Under the pieces are notes generated by a model. It made no database searches. It had not been told where the DNA came from and saw only the letters and a program-made list of their open reading frames with translations. This document shows, one piece after another, positions 34,330 to 43,305 of a DNA stretch of 54,861 nt (positions within the stretch are counted from its first letter, which is position 1; each line of letters starts with the position of its first letter). Source of the stretch: Thermodesulfobacteriota bacterium (GTDB taxonomy: Bacteria; Desulfobacterota; Desulfobacteria; Desulfobacterales; SURF-7); NCBI GenBank assembly GCA_049320885.1, contig JBMORA010000055.1, positions 1-54,861 on the forward strand. Reading direction: 5' to 3'. The translations under genes were made by a program, and so were the position numbers.

Positions 34330-36024
34330 ATGGGACTTGAGGACAGGAAGTGGGTCAGACACTATGATCCGGGAGTACTGCCGGAGATTCCGATTCCGGA
34401 CATTACTTTCACGGATATGCTGCTGGAAGGCATCAAGGCAAAGCCCCAGCGGCCGGCGCTGCATTTTCTCGGGCGGACGATCACTTTCAAGGAACTGGAT
34501 ACACTCTCGGGAAGATTCGTTTCCTTTTTGAAAAATCATGGCTATGGGCCGGGCAGCGTGGTGGGCATCAACCTGCCCAATATTCCGGAATATCCCATTG
34601 CCCTGACCGGGGCCCTGCGGGCCGGCTGCACCGTCACCGGCATATCGCCGCTGCTGACCCCCAAGGAGCTGGCCTACCAGCTGACGGATGCCGGCGTGGG
34701 CGTTCTCGTGATCCTGGACAATCTGTTCGCGGAGCGTCTGGTGAAAATCGCCGCCGGCGTTGCCTGCCTGAAGCACGTCGTGGTGGTCAATGTGGGGGAT
34801 TCCCTTCCCTGGATCAAGAGACTGCTCGGCACGGCTCTGAAAAAAATACCCCGGGGCGAGATCACGCCTCTTTCGGCCAAGGAAGTGTTGCGGTTCAAGG
34901 AGATTCTTTCCGCATACCCGCCGGGGGAGGACAAGCCCCGGCTATCCCCGGAGGACACCTGCCTGATTCAATATACCGGCGGCACCACGGGAATGCCCAA
35001 GGGCGCGGAGCTTTCCCATCGGAATCTGGTGGCCAATACCCTGCATGTGCGCGAATGGGTGGGCTGGGAAATGGGCCAGGATGTGCTCTGTTCGGCCTTC
35101 CCGTTTTTTCATTTGGCGGGTCTGGCTTTCGGCATGGTGGCCATGAGTACGGCCAATACCCAGTGCCTGATCCCCGATCCCCGCAATATCCGGCATTTCT
35201 GCAATGAAATCAAAAACCGCAAACCCACGGTGATGGCCAATGTGCCGACCCTGTATCAGATGCTGCTGAATGAGCCGGTCTTCAAGACCCTGGATTTTTC
35301 CATGCTGAAAATCTGTGTGTCCGGCGCCGCGCCGTTTTCCATGGAAAGTATCCAGACCTTCGAAAAAGTCGTGGGCAAGGGCAAGGTGATGGAAGTCTAT
35401 GGCATGACCGAGGCCAGCCCCCTGCTCACCATGAACCCCTATGCAGGCAAGAAAAAAATCGGCTCGGTGGGGGTTCCGGTGATGAATACGGATATCAAGA
35501 TCGTGGACCTGGAAACCAGAAGCCGGGAAACGGCTGTCGGTGAGCCCGGCGAACTCATCGCCCGGGGCCCCCAGGTGATGAAGGGGTATCACAACAAACC
35601 GGAAGAAACGGCCAATACCCTGCGGGAGTTGGCGGGGGCGACCTGGCTGTTCACCGGCGACGTGGCCCGCATGGACGAGGATGGGTTTATCTACGTTGTG
35701 GACCGGGCCAAGGATATGCTCATCGTCGGAGGATACAAGGTTTTTTCGCGGGAGGTGGAGGAAACCCTGTATCAGCATCCGGATATCGAATTTTGCGCCA
35801 TTGTCGGCTTGCCGGACGCGAACCGGCCCGGCAGCGAGATCGTCAAGGTCGTCATTCAGCTGAAAAGCGCTTCCCGGGAGAAAGACCGGCGGCAGGTGGA
35901 GGCGGATATCGTCGCCTATTGCAGGGAAAACATGGCCCCGTATAAAGTGCCGAAAATCGTGGAGGTCGTGGACCAGATGCCGTTGACGGCGGTGGGGAAG
36001 GTGGACAAGAAAAAACTGAGATAA
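34330..36024 (+). CDS. Long-chain fatty acid-CoA ligase (AMP-forming, FadD-like)
   Basis: QYTGGTTGMPKG, VYGMTEASP, FTGDVA, DRAKDMLIVGG, PLTAVGKVDK; AAGGAG RBS. Confidence 0.93.
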   Translation: MGLEDRKWVRHYDPGVLPEIPIPDITFTDMLLEGIKAKPQRPALHFLGRTITFKELDTLSGRFVSFLKNHGYGPGSVVGINLPNIPEYPIALTGALRAGCTVTGISPLLTPKELAYQLTDAGVGVLVILDNLFAERLVKIAAGVACLKHVVVVNVGDSLPWIKRLLGTALKKIPRGEITPLSAKEVLRFKEILSAYPPGEDKPRLSPEDTCLIQYTGGTTGMPKGAELSHRNLVANTLHVREWVGWEMGQDVLCSAFPFFHLAGLAFGMVAMSTANTQCLIPDPRNIRHFCNEIKNRKPTVMANVPTLYQMLLNEPVFKTLDFSMLKICVSGAAPFSMESIQTFEKVVGKGKVMEVYGMTEASPLLTMNPYAGKKKIGSVGVPVMNTDIKIVDLETRSRETAVGEPGELIARGPQVMKGYHNKPEETANTLRELAGATWLFTGDVARMDEDGFIYVVDRAKDMLIVGGYKVFSREVEETLYQHPDIEFCAIVGLPDANRPGSEIVKVVIQLKSASREKDRRQVEADIVAYCRENMAPYKVPKIVEVVDQMPLTAVGKVDKKKLR

Positions 36025-36028
36025 CGGC

Positions 36029-36059
36029 AATTAGGAATTACGAATTAGGAATTACGAAT
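36029..36059. repeat. Heptamer array (AATTAGG AATTACG)x2
   Basis: Seen directly, 4 nt after a stop codon. Confidence 0.88.
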
Positions 36060-36118
36060 GGCGGATGAGGGGTGATTTTTATTTCTCACTCACCAGCCAG
36101 GGGTTTCAGGAAATTGAT

Positions 36119-36463
36119 ATGCAGGATAGGCCAACGGTCATTGAATACAGTCATCAGCCGCTGAATCAGGAAATCGTCGCCATCGGCGGACGGTATATCC
36201 TGATCAAGGAGGTGCGCCTGAAAACAGCGGAACAGGAAGTGCTGTATCAGGTGGGGTGCGCCATGGTGGACAGCTCCTGCTGCGGACCAGCCGGGTGCGG
36301 CTATGCTGTGGTCCAGGGCTTTGTCCGTGACTGGCAGTACCGCCGCGATGAGCGGGGATTGCCGGTGACCCGGGTGGAGCGCATTCAGGAGCCGGCCGCG
36401 CAGGCGGAGATCGGGACTCTGATCCGCAAAAAAGAGCTGGTGACCCAGGTGAATTTTTTATAG
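36119..36463 (+). CDS. Hypothetical protein with DSSCCGPAGC motif
   Basis: Co-oriented in the cluster, 8 nt before the next gene; Cys cluster; start 36119 or 36065. Confidence 0.75.
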   Translation: MQDRPTVIEYSHQPLNQEIVAIGGRYILIKEVRLKTAEQEVLYQVGCAMVDSSCCGPAGCGYAVVQGFVRDWQYRRDERGLPVTRVERIQEPAAQAEIGTLIRKKELVTQVNFL

Positions 36464-36471
36464 GGGATTAC

Positions 36472-37635
36472 ATGAAAGAACCGAAAATGACAAAAAAGGG
36501 GGCTCTGGACGGTATTCTGGTGGTGGATCTGTCCCGCCTGCTGCCCGGACCGTATTGTTCGATGATTCTTGCCGATCATGGGGCGCGGGTCATCGCCATC
36601 GAGGATAAACGCTACCAGGCCGAAGGCCTTTTTCTGTCCACGGTCAACCGCAACAAGGAGCATATGTCCCTGGATCTGAAGACTCCCGAGGGCAAGGCCG
36701 TCTTTTTCCGTCTGGCGGAGAAGGCGGATGTGGTGCTGGAAGGCTTCCGGCCGGGGGTGGTGGCGCGTCTGGGAGTGGATTACGAGGCGGTCCGCCGGAT
36801 CAATCCCGGGATAATCTACTGTTCCATCACCGGATACGGCCAGACCGGACCCTACCGGGACCGGGCGGGACATGACGCCAATTACATGAGCGTGGCCGGG
36901 GTTCTGGATCTGATCGGCGAAGCGGATCGTCCGCCTTCCATACCGGGCGTCCAACTGGCGGATATCGCCGGAGGGGGCATGAACGCCGCCATCGGAGTGC
37001 TGCTGGCCCTCCACGCCCGGGAGAAGACCGGCCAGGGTCAGTATATCGACATTTCCATGACCGACGGCATGGCCGGCCTGCTGGCCGTGCCGCTGTTCTT
37101 CCGGCAGCTGACCGGACAAATTCCCGGGCGCGCCGACACCATGCTGTCCCATCGCTATGCCTGTTACAACACCTACGAAACCGCCGACGGCCGCCACATT
37201 TCCATCGGAGCGGTGGAATTGCGTTTCTGGAAGGTATTGTGCGATCACCTGGGGGTCCCCGAGTACATCCCCCTCCAGTATGACGACGCACGGCGGAAAG
37301 AGATCATCGGATTCATGCGCAAGACCTTCCGGGGCAAAACCATGGCGGAATGGGAAAGGGAGTTCGGCGATCTGGATATCTGTTTCGGTCCGGTAAAGCG
37401 TCTGGATGAGGCCATGCAGGATCCCCAGCTGCGGAGCCGGGACATGTTTCCGGAGTTGGAGTCGGCGCCGGGACGGAAAACCGACGCCATCGGCATCCCC
37501 GTCAAGCTGAGCGGGACGCCCGGAACGCTGCGGACCCCGCCGGTGCGGTTCGGCCAGAGCACGGCGAGCGTTCTGACCGAGTTCGGCTACAGCGGGGAAG
37601 AGATCGAAGACCTGACCCGCAAGGGAGTCATTTAA
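36472..37635 (+). CDS. CaiB/BaiF family III CoA-transferase, AMACR-like
   Basis: DLSRLLPGPY, NRNK..SLDLK, EGFRPGV..RLG, SITGYGQTGP, GHDANY, LADIAGGG. Confidence 0.9.
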   Translation: MKEPKMTKKGALDGILVVDLSRLLPGPYCSMILADHGARVIAIEDKRYQAEGLFLSTVNRNKEHMSLDLKTPEGKAVFFRLAEKADVVLEGFRPGVVARLGVDYEAVRRINPGIIYCSITGYGQTGPYRDRAGHDANYMSVAGVLDLIGEADRPPSIPGVQLADIAGGGMNAAIGVLLALHAREKTGQGQYIDISMTDGMAGLLAVPLFFRQLTGQIPGRADTMLSHRYACYNTYETADGRHISIGAVELRFWKVLCDHLGVPEYIPLQYDDARRKEIIGFMRKTFRGKTMAEWEREFGDLDICFGPVKRLDEAMQDPQLRSRDMFPELESAPGRKTDAIGIPVKLSGTPGTLRTPPVRFGQSTASVLTEFGYSGEEIEDLTRKGVI

Positions 37636-37651
37636 ATTGACAACAACCTTT

Positions 37652-37682
37652 ATTCGTAATTCGTAATTCCAAATTCCTAATT
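37652..37682. repeat. Heptamer array in reverse orientation (CGTAATT/CCTAATT)x4
   Basis: Seen directly, 6 nt before the next start codon. Confidence 0.85.
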
Positions 37683-37688
37683 GCCGTT

Positions 37689-38729
37689 ATGAAAACTCGT
37701 GTCACGGAATTATTCGGCATCCGCTATCCGATCCTGTTGTCCGGCATGACCGGCATCAGCAATCCCCGTCTGACGGCCGCCGTGTCCAATGCCGGCGGAC
37801 TGGGCATTCTGGCCACGGCCGACATCGTCCCGGACCGGTTGCGCCGGGCCGTTCAGGAGGTCCGGGGGCTGACCGACAAACCCTTCGGCGCCAACGTCCC
37901 CTTCCTTCTTCCCGGATCTGCGGAAAAGGCCGCCGTGCTGGTGGCAGAAAAAGTGCCGGTGATCAATTACACCCTCGGTAAAGGCCAGGGCCTGATCGAT
38001 GCCGTTCATGAATACGGCGGCCGGGTGATCGCCACTGTGACCCTGAAAAAACATGCCCTTTCAGCGGAAAAGAGCGGCGCCGACGCGGTGATCGTCACCG
38101 GGCACGAGGCCGCGGCCCATGGGGGCGAGGCCACCTCCCTGGTGCTGATACCCCATATCGCCGATGCCCTGGCCATCCCGGTGGTCGCCGCCGGCGGCTT
38201 TTCGGACGGCAGGGGGCTCGCGGCGGCGCTGGCGCTGGGTGCGGAGGGCATCGCCATGGGCACCCGCTTCATGAATACGCTGGAGAGTCCCGCGCATGCC
38301 AACATGAAGCAGATGAGCAATACAAAAGGCGTGCAGGACACCGTCTATTCGGATCGCATCGACGGTCTCCCCTGCCGCGCCCTGAAAACCAATGGGACCC
38401 GGCGCTTGATGAACCAGCGACTGTATATGATTTCAGCGCTGGTCAATTCCCGGAATGCGGCCCGGGCATTCGGATTTCCCTGGTTCAAAATGTTCCTCGG
38501 CATTTTGCTTTCCGGCTACCGGCGGTCCAGGCAGCTGGCCCGCATGGCCAATGCCTTCCAGCCCATCCAACGGGCCATCGAGACCGGGGACCTGGAGAAA
38601 GGCGTTTTCCTCATGGGGCAGGTGACGGGGAATATCCGACATACGCCCGCGGTGGCGGAACTGATGGAGACCATTATCCGGGAGGCCCTGACGGCGAGAA
38701 TGATGGTTGCGGAGAAACTGGTTTTGTGA
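37689..38729 (+). CDS. Nitronate monooxygenase / FabK-like flavin oxidoreductase
   Basis: AVSNAGGLG, GHEAAAHG, PVVAAGGF.DGRGLAAALALGA..MGTRF. Confidence 0.88.
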   Translation: MKTRVTELFGIRYPILLSGMTGISNPRLTAAVSNAGGLGILATADIVPDRLRRAVQEVRGLTDKPFGANVPFLLPGSAEKAAVLVAEKVPVINYTLGKGQGLIDAVHEYGGRVIATVTLKKHALSAEKSGADAVIVTGHEAAAHGGEATSLVLIPHIADALAIPVVAAGGFSDGRGLAAALALGAEGIAMGTRFMNTLESPAHANMKQMSNTKGVQDTVYSDRIDGLPCRALKTNGTRRLMNQRLYMISALVNSRNAARAFGFPWFKMFLGILLSGYRRSRQLARMANAFQPIQRAIETGDLEKGVFLMGQVTGNIRHTPAVAELMETIIREALTARMMVAEKLVL

Positions 38730-38828
38730 AATACAACCATGCAGATTGAAGGCGGAAAGGAAAAGAGAGCTTCTCTTTTACAATAACAACCTGTTTACAA
38801 TTGTTCAAAACAAGAAAAGGAGAACACC

Positions 38829-40682
38829 ATGGCACAACAAATCGCTGATCGACGGGATGTGGACTTCGTTATCTACGAGCAGCTGGAAGGGGAAAACCTG
38901 ACCAAATTCGCCCGGTATAAGGACATGAACCGTAAAATGTTCGACATGATCATCACCGAGGCGCGCAATTTCGCCATCAAGGAGATCCTGCCGGTCAACG
39001 AGGAAGGGGACCGGGTGGGGCTTATTTTTGAAAACAACCAGGTCACGGTGCCGGAGTGCTTCCACCGTCCCTATGAACTCCTGCGGGAAGGGGAGTGGAT
39101 CGCCATGATGGAGGACCCGGAAGTCGGCGGTCAGGGACTGCCCAACCTGGTGGCCCAGGCGGCACTGGAATATATCATCGGCGCGGACTTTTCCTTTGCC
39201 GCCTTCGGATTCGCCACCCACGGGGCGGCCAAGATGGTCGAGGTTTTCGGTACGGAAAAACAGAAGAATCTTTTTCTGCGAAAGATGTACAGCGGCCAAT
39301 GGGGCGGCACCATGGTCCTGACCGAGCCGGAGGCCGGTTCCGACGTCGGCAATCTGACCACTTCGGCCGTCAGGAATCCGGACGGCACCTACTCCATCTC
39401 CGGGAACAAGATCTTCATCACCTGCGGTGAGCATAACCTGACGGAAAACATCATCCATCCGGTGCTGGCCAGGATCGAAGGCGCGCCCAAGGGGACCAAG
39501 GGCATTTCCCTGTTCCTGGTGCCCAAAATTTGGGTCAATGACGACGGCAGCCTGGGCGAACCCAACGACGTGGTGTGCACCGGCATCGAGGAAAAACTCG
39601 GACTGCACGCCAGCCCCACCTGCCAGCTGACCTTCGGCGGCAAGGGCAAATGCCGCGGAACATTGCTGGGAGAGGAGAACAAGGGCATGCATGTCATGTT
39701 CCACATGATGAACGAGGCCCGCCTGGGCGTCGGCGCTCTGGGCCTCTTCAATGCCTCCTGCGCGTACCTGTACGCCGTCAACTATGCGCGGGAGCGTGTC
39801 CAGGGCCGTGATCTGGCCGATATGCTCAACAAGGACGCCCTGTCGGTGAATATCATCCGTCATCCCGATGTGCGGCGGATGCTGATGTGGATGAAATCCC
39901 ACGTGGAAGGCATGCGCAGCCTGGTGTATTACACCGGGTACCTGTTCGACAAGGTCGCCTGCACCACGGATGAAGCCGAGCGCACAAGCTGCAACGATCT
40001 GATCGAGCTCTTGACCCCCATCATCAAATCCTATTGCACGGACCGCGGTTTCGAAGCCACGGTCATGGCCATGCAGGTGTACGGCGGCTATGGCTACACC
40101 GCCGATTATCCGGTGGAACGGCTGATGCGGGATTCCAAGATCAATTCCATTTACGAGGGCACCAACGGCATCCAGGCCATGGATCTGCTGGGCCGGAAAA
40201 TGGGCATGAAAAAAGGCGCGGTGTTCATGCAGTTCATGGGCGAAGTGCAGAAGATCATTGCCAAGGCCAGGGAAATGGAAGGGCTGGCCGGACTGGCGGG
40301 TGACCTGGAGGCAACTCTCAACCGGCTGGGCGAGATCGCCATGCACATGGGCAAAACCGCCATGAGCGCCGACTTCAAAATCGCCTTTTCCTTTGCTTCA
40401 CCGTTCCTGGACGTCATGGGCGACGTGATCATGGCCTGGATGCTGCTGTGGCGGGCCACCGTGGCCAAACCGGCCCTGGACAAAATCGTGGGCAACGCTC
40501 AGGGAGACGAGCGGCTGGACAAAATCCAGAAAAACAAGAACGCCGCCTTTTATGAAGGCCAGGTCAAATCGGCGGAATATTTCATCCAGGCCATACTGCC
40601 CCTGACCCATGGCAGGATGAAGGCCATCAAGGCCGGCAGCCGCGCCGTCATCGATATACCCGAAGTCGCTTTCGGAGGGTGA
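38829..40682 (+). CDS. Long-form acyl-CoA dehydrogenase with C-terminal extension
   Basis: MVLTEPEAGSD, KIFITCG, EEKLGLHASPT, MNEARL, RVQG, QVYGGYGY, SIYEGTNGIQAMDL all intact. Confidence 0.93.
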   Translation: MAQQIADRRDVDFVIYEQLEGENLTKFARYKDMNRKMFDMIITEARNFAIKEILPVNEEGDRVGLIFENNQVTVPECFHRPYELLREGEWIAMMEDPEVGGQGLPNLVAQAALEYIIGADFSFAAFGFATHGAAKMVEVFGTEKQKNLFLRKMYSGQWGGTMVLTEPEAGSDVGNLTTSAVRNPDGTYSISGNKIFITCGEHNLTENIIHPVLARIEGAPKGTKGISLFLVPKIWVNDDGSLGEPNDVVCTGIEEKLGLHASPTCQLTFGGKGKCRGTLLGEENKGMHVMFHMMNEARLGVGALGLFNASCAYLYAVNYARERVQGRDLADMLNKDALSVNIIRHPDVRRMLMWMKSHVEGMRSLVYYTGYLFDKVACTTDEAERTSCNDLIELLTPIIKSYCTDRGFEATVMAMQVYGGYGYTADYPVERLMRDSKINSIYEGTNGIQAMDLLGRKMGMKKGAVFMQFMGEVQKIIAKAREMEGLAGLAGDLEATLNRLGEIAMHMGKTAMSADFKIAFSFASPFLDVMGDVIMAWMLLWRATVAKPALDKIVGNAQGDERLDKIQKNKNAAFYEGQVKSAEYFIQAILPLTHGRMKAIKAGSRAVIDIPEVAFGG

Positions 40683-40700
40683 TCCCGAAAAACGGAATCC

Positions 40701-41411
40701 ATGAGGACGGTACCTTCACAGCCGAAACCGGTGAACGCCGGCGGATCAACCGCCGGCGTCCCCATCGGGATCATGGCGGACAGCCACGGAAAGGTGGAAA
40801 CCATCGCCGGGGCTCTTGCCCTGTTTCGGCAATGGGGATGCGGCAAGGCGGTTCACCTGGGGGATATCTGTGATTCCTTCCGGCCGGCCGAGTCCGACGC
40901 CTGCGTGCGGTTGTTGAAAGCCGAATCGGTGCTATCGGTCAAAGGCAACAACGATCATGCGCTGGTGGTGAACCGGACCCATGTCGCTGGTGATTCCGTT
41001 TCTTCCGAGACCATCGACTATCTGAACAACCTGCCCATGCAGATCCGGGAAGGGAGAACGGTTTTCGCCCATTCGCTGCCTTTTGAGGCCGTCCTCGGTC
41101 TTTCCTGCATGGTGCGGACCCCGGGTGCCATGGAGTCGGAATGGTTTTTCCGGGAGTATCCGGATGGCGTATTGTTTCGCGGGCACAGCCATCAACCCGA
41201 GATGAAATGGCGGCGGGGTGGCCACATCGTAACGGAACCGATTGCCATGGGGCAACGGATCGGTCTGGAGGAACGCCGGCCCTGCATCGTCACTTGCGGG
41301 GCGTTGACCAGGGGATGGTGCATGATCTTTCAACCGGACAGGATGGAAATCGTTTGCCGGAGTATCGGGGAACCAGGGAAGATAAGGTCAAAGCTGAAGG
41401 CACAAGGTTGA
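40701..41411 (+). CDS. Metallophosphoesterase (calcineurin-like, YfcE-type)
   Basis: DSHG, HLGD, KGNND, AHS, GHSH. Confidence 0.85.
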   Translation: MRTVPSQPKPVNAGGSTAGVPIGIMADSHGKVETIAGALALFRQWGCGKAVHLGDICDSFRPAESDACVRLLKAESVLSVKGNNDHALVVNRTHVAGDSVSSETIDYLNNLPMQIREGRTVFAHSLPFEAVLGLSCMVRTPGAMESEWFFREYPDGVLFRGHSHQPEMKWRRGGHIVTEPIAMGQRIGLEERRPCIVTCGALTRGWCMIFQPDRMEIVCRSIGEPGKIRSKLKAQG

Positions 41412-41418
41412 AAGCGCA
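41384..41418. repeat. Degenerate heptamer array (AAGGTCA AAGCTGA AGGCACA AGGTTGA AAGCGCA)
   Basis: Period-7 pattern across the phosphoesterase stop codon. Confidence 0.55.
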
Positions 41419-41444
41419 ACGGAACAGCAACAAAGGAGTTTGGT

Positions 41445-42095
41445 ATGGCAACGCCGCTTGAAAAAGCCAGGCAGAACCCGAAATCCATGAAGGGCAAAAT
41501 TCTGGCGGCCGCCCGGAAACTGTTCGGAGAATACGGTTTCCATGGCACAACGACCCGCATGATCGCCAAATATGTGGGGATCGATATTTCAACCCTGTAC
41601 TATCATTGGGGGGAAAAAACCGATCTGTACGAGGCGGTGGTGCTGGACATCAATGAAGGTCTCCGGCAGAAGCTCATGGAAGTGGAAAAGAGTATCAAGG
41701 GCCGTCCCCTGACCGAGCGCCTGGAATACGCCATCGACGAGATGACTCAGTATTTGTTCGAATATCCCCAGATTTCGAACATGACGATTTTCCGTTATTT
41801 CACCAAAACCCGCCACAAGACCAGCCTGGACGCCCGGGTGCCGGAATTCATTTCCGATATCGCCTATTCCATGGGACTTGCCAGTGACAAACGCCGGGTC
41901 ACCGCCGAAGCCAAAATGAAGGTGCTCACCATCATGAACACCATGCACAATTTCGTTTCCGGCCAGAGCTTTTTCATGCCCATGCTCAATCTGGAACGGG
42001 ACGCCTATATCCGCATGGTCAAGGAGACCCTGAAATTCTCGTATGTGGCTGCCTACGCCCGCCTGGAAACCGAGGGAACGAACCGGAATTCATAA
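41445..42095 (+). CDS. TetR/AcrR family transcriptional regulator
   Basis: ILAAARKLFGEYGFHGTTTRMIAKYVGIDISTLYYHWGEK HTH; AAGGAG RBS. Confidence 0.93.
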   Translation: MATPLEKARQNPKSMKGKILAAARKLFGEYGFHGTTTRMIAKYVGIDISTLYYHWGEKTDLYEAVVLDINEGLRQKLMEVEKSIKGRPLTERLEYAIDEMTQYLFEYPQISNMTIFRYFTKTRHKTSLDARVPEFISDIAYSMGLASDKRRVTAEAKMKVLTIMNTMHNFVSGQSFFMPMLNLERDAYIRMVKETLKFSYVAAYARLETEGTNRNS

Positions 42096-42243
42096 CTCCG
42101 TCTTCATTTCCGCTCCACGCATTCATTAATACCGTATAAAAAAGACGATTCGGCGATTTCCCCCTTGTCGATTTCAAAAAACCTGATAAGATACATTCCT
42201 TCCATGGGGAGCTGCCGGATGTTGCCGGTGAAAGGGAGACGTC

Positions 42244-42627
42244 GTGAAAATCACCAGCTTTTTTCTCTTGTTGGCCTGCTTCGCCTGTACGGGAGCGCGG
42301 GTCGATTCAGCGGAAGGGCTTCGGGAACAAACCATTTCCGTGGCGGTCGTCGCCCCGGATTCAGCCTGGAAGATCCGGATTGAAACCATCCGCCGGGTGG
42401 AGGATGCCCTGCTGGTCGTATCCCGGCTTTCCCGCGGAAATGTCCGCGCCACCCAGACCATTACGGTCGTTTCGGACAGGGTGCGCGTCAAAGCGCCTGA
42501 ATTGGCCGTTCGGCACTATATTGTCGGCAAAACTTGGGAATGGCGGAATTCGGAACCCTATACGTTCCTGAAATCCCCGGACGAGGTCGCCGGTATCCGG
42601 AATGCCGGCGTTCCGTTGTATCCCTGA
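42244..42627 (+). CDS. Exported hypothetical protein
   Basis: GTG start with GGGAG RBS, hydrophobic N-terminus (FFLLLACFAC), beta-rich body. Confidence 0.65.
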   Translation: MKITSFFLLLACFACTGARVDSAEGLREQTISVAVVAPDSAWKIRIETIRRVEDALLVVSRLSRGNVRATQTITVVSDRVRVKAPELAVRHYIVGKTWEWRNSEPYTFLKSPDEVAGIRNAGVPLYP

Positions 42628-42666
42628 TGATGGCATTTCATTTTTTTTAACCAGGAGGCGAAGAAT

Positions 42667-43290
42667 ATGCAGCGGTCGTTACAGCATCGTGCACGGATGG
42701 GCGTGTTGTTGTTCATGGTTATCGGGGCAATGGCCTGCGCCGGCAAGCGGGATTTGTATGTGTACTACCAGCTGCCCCAGCCTAACGCCGGGATGAAGGG
42801 AACCATCGTGGGCGTGGAATTCGAGGACAAACGCCCGGTCAAGCAATTTCTGACCAAGGAAGCCTTGGAGGAATTCTATACGTTTTCCGGAAAATTCTCT
42901 TTTTCCGTCACCCAGGGGGAAGTCACGGAGACCACCGGGATCCTGGATCTGCCCCGGGTCATGACCCTGACCATGACCAAACGATTGGAGAACGAAGGGA
43001 TGACCGTGCTGCCCAATCCGGCGCCGGAAAATCCGGTCGTGCGCCTGGTGCTCCAGGATTTTCAGCTGCATTATGTGGATCGAAGATGGAAAGTGCGGCT
43101 GGCCTATGAAGCCCAGTTGCTTGCCGGCGGCGAGGTCCGCAACCGCCAGGTCATCAAGGGCAGCGCCGAGCGGGCGCAGATCATCGGCACCGGGGATGCG
43201 GACAAGGTCGTCTCCGAATTGTACAATGACATGATCAACCAGTTGAATGTGGCGAAGCTGTTCGCAAACTCCGGCGGCGATTTCCAGTAG
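42667..43290 (+). CDS. Lipoprotein, YajG-like
   Basis: AGGAGG RBS, lipobox AMA-C, FEDKRP motif. Confidence 0.7.
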   Translation: MQRSLQHRARMGVLLFMVIGAMACAGKRDLYVYYQLPQPNAGMKGTIVGVEFEDKRPVKQFLTKEALEEFYTFSGKFSFSVTQGEVTETTGILDLPRVMTLTMTKRLENEGMTVLPNPAPENPVVRLVLQDFQLHYVDRRWKVRLAYEAQLLAGGEVRNRQVIKGSAERAQIIGTGDADKVVSELYNDMINQLNVAKLFANSGGDFQ

Positions 43291-43305
43291 CCCGGGGAGG
43301 GTCAC

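Noticed and set aside
31756..37682. Recurring repeats as a CRISPR array
   Set aside because: The units are tandem 7-mers separated by whole genes, not 23-47-bp repeats with unique spacers; no cas genes
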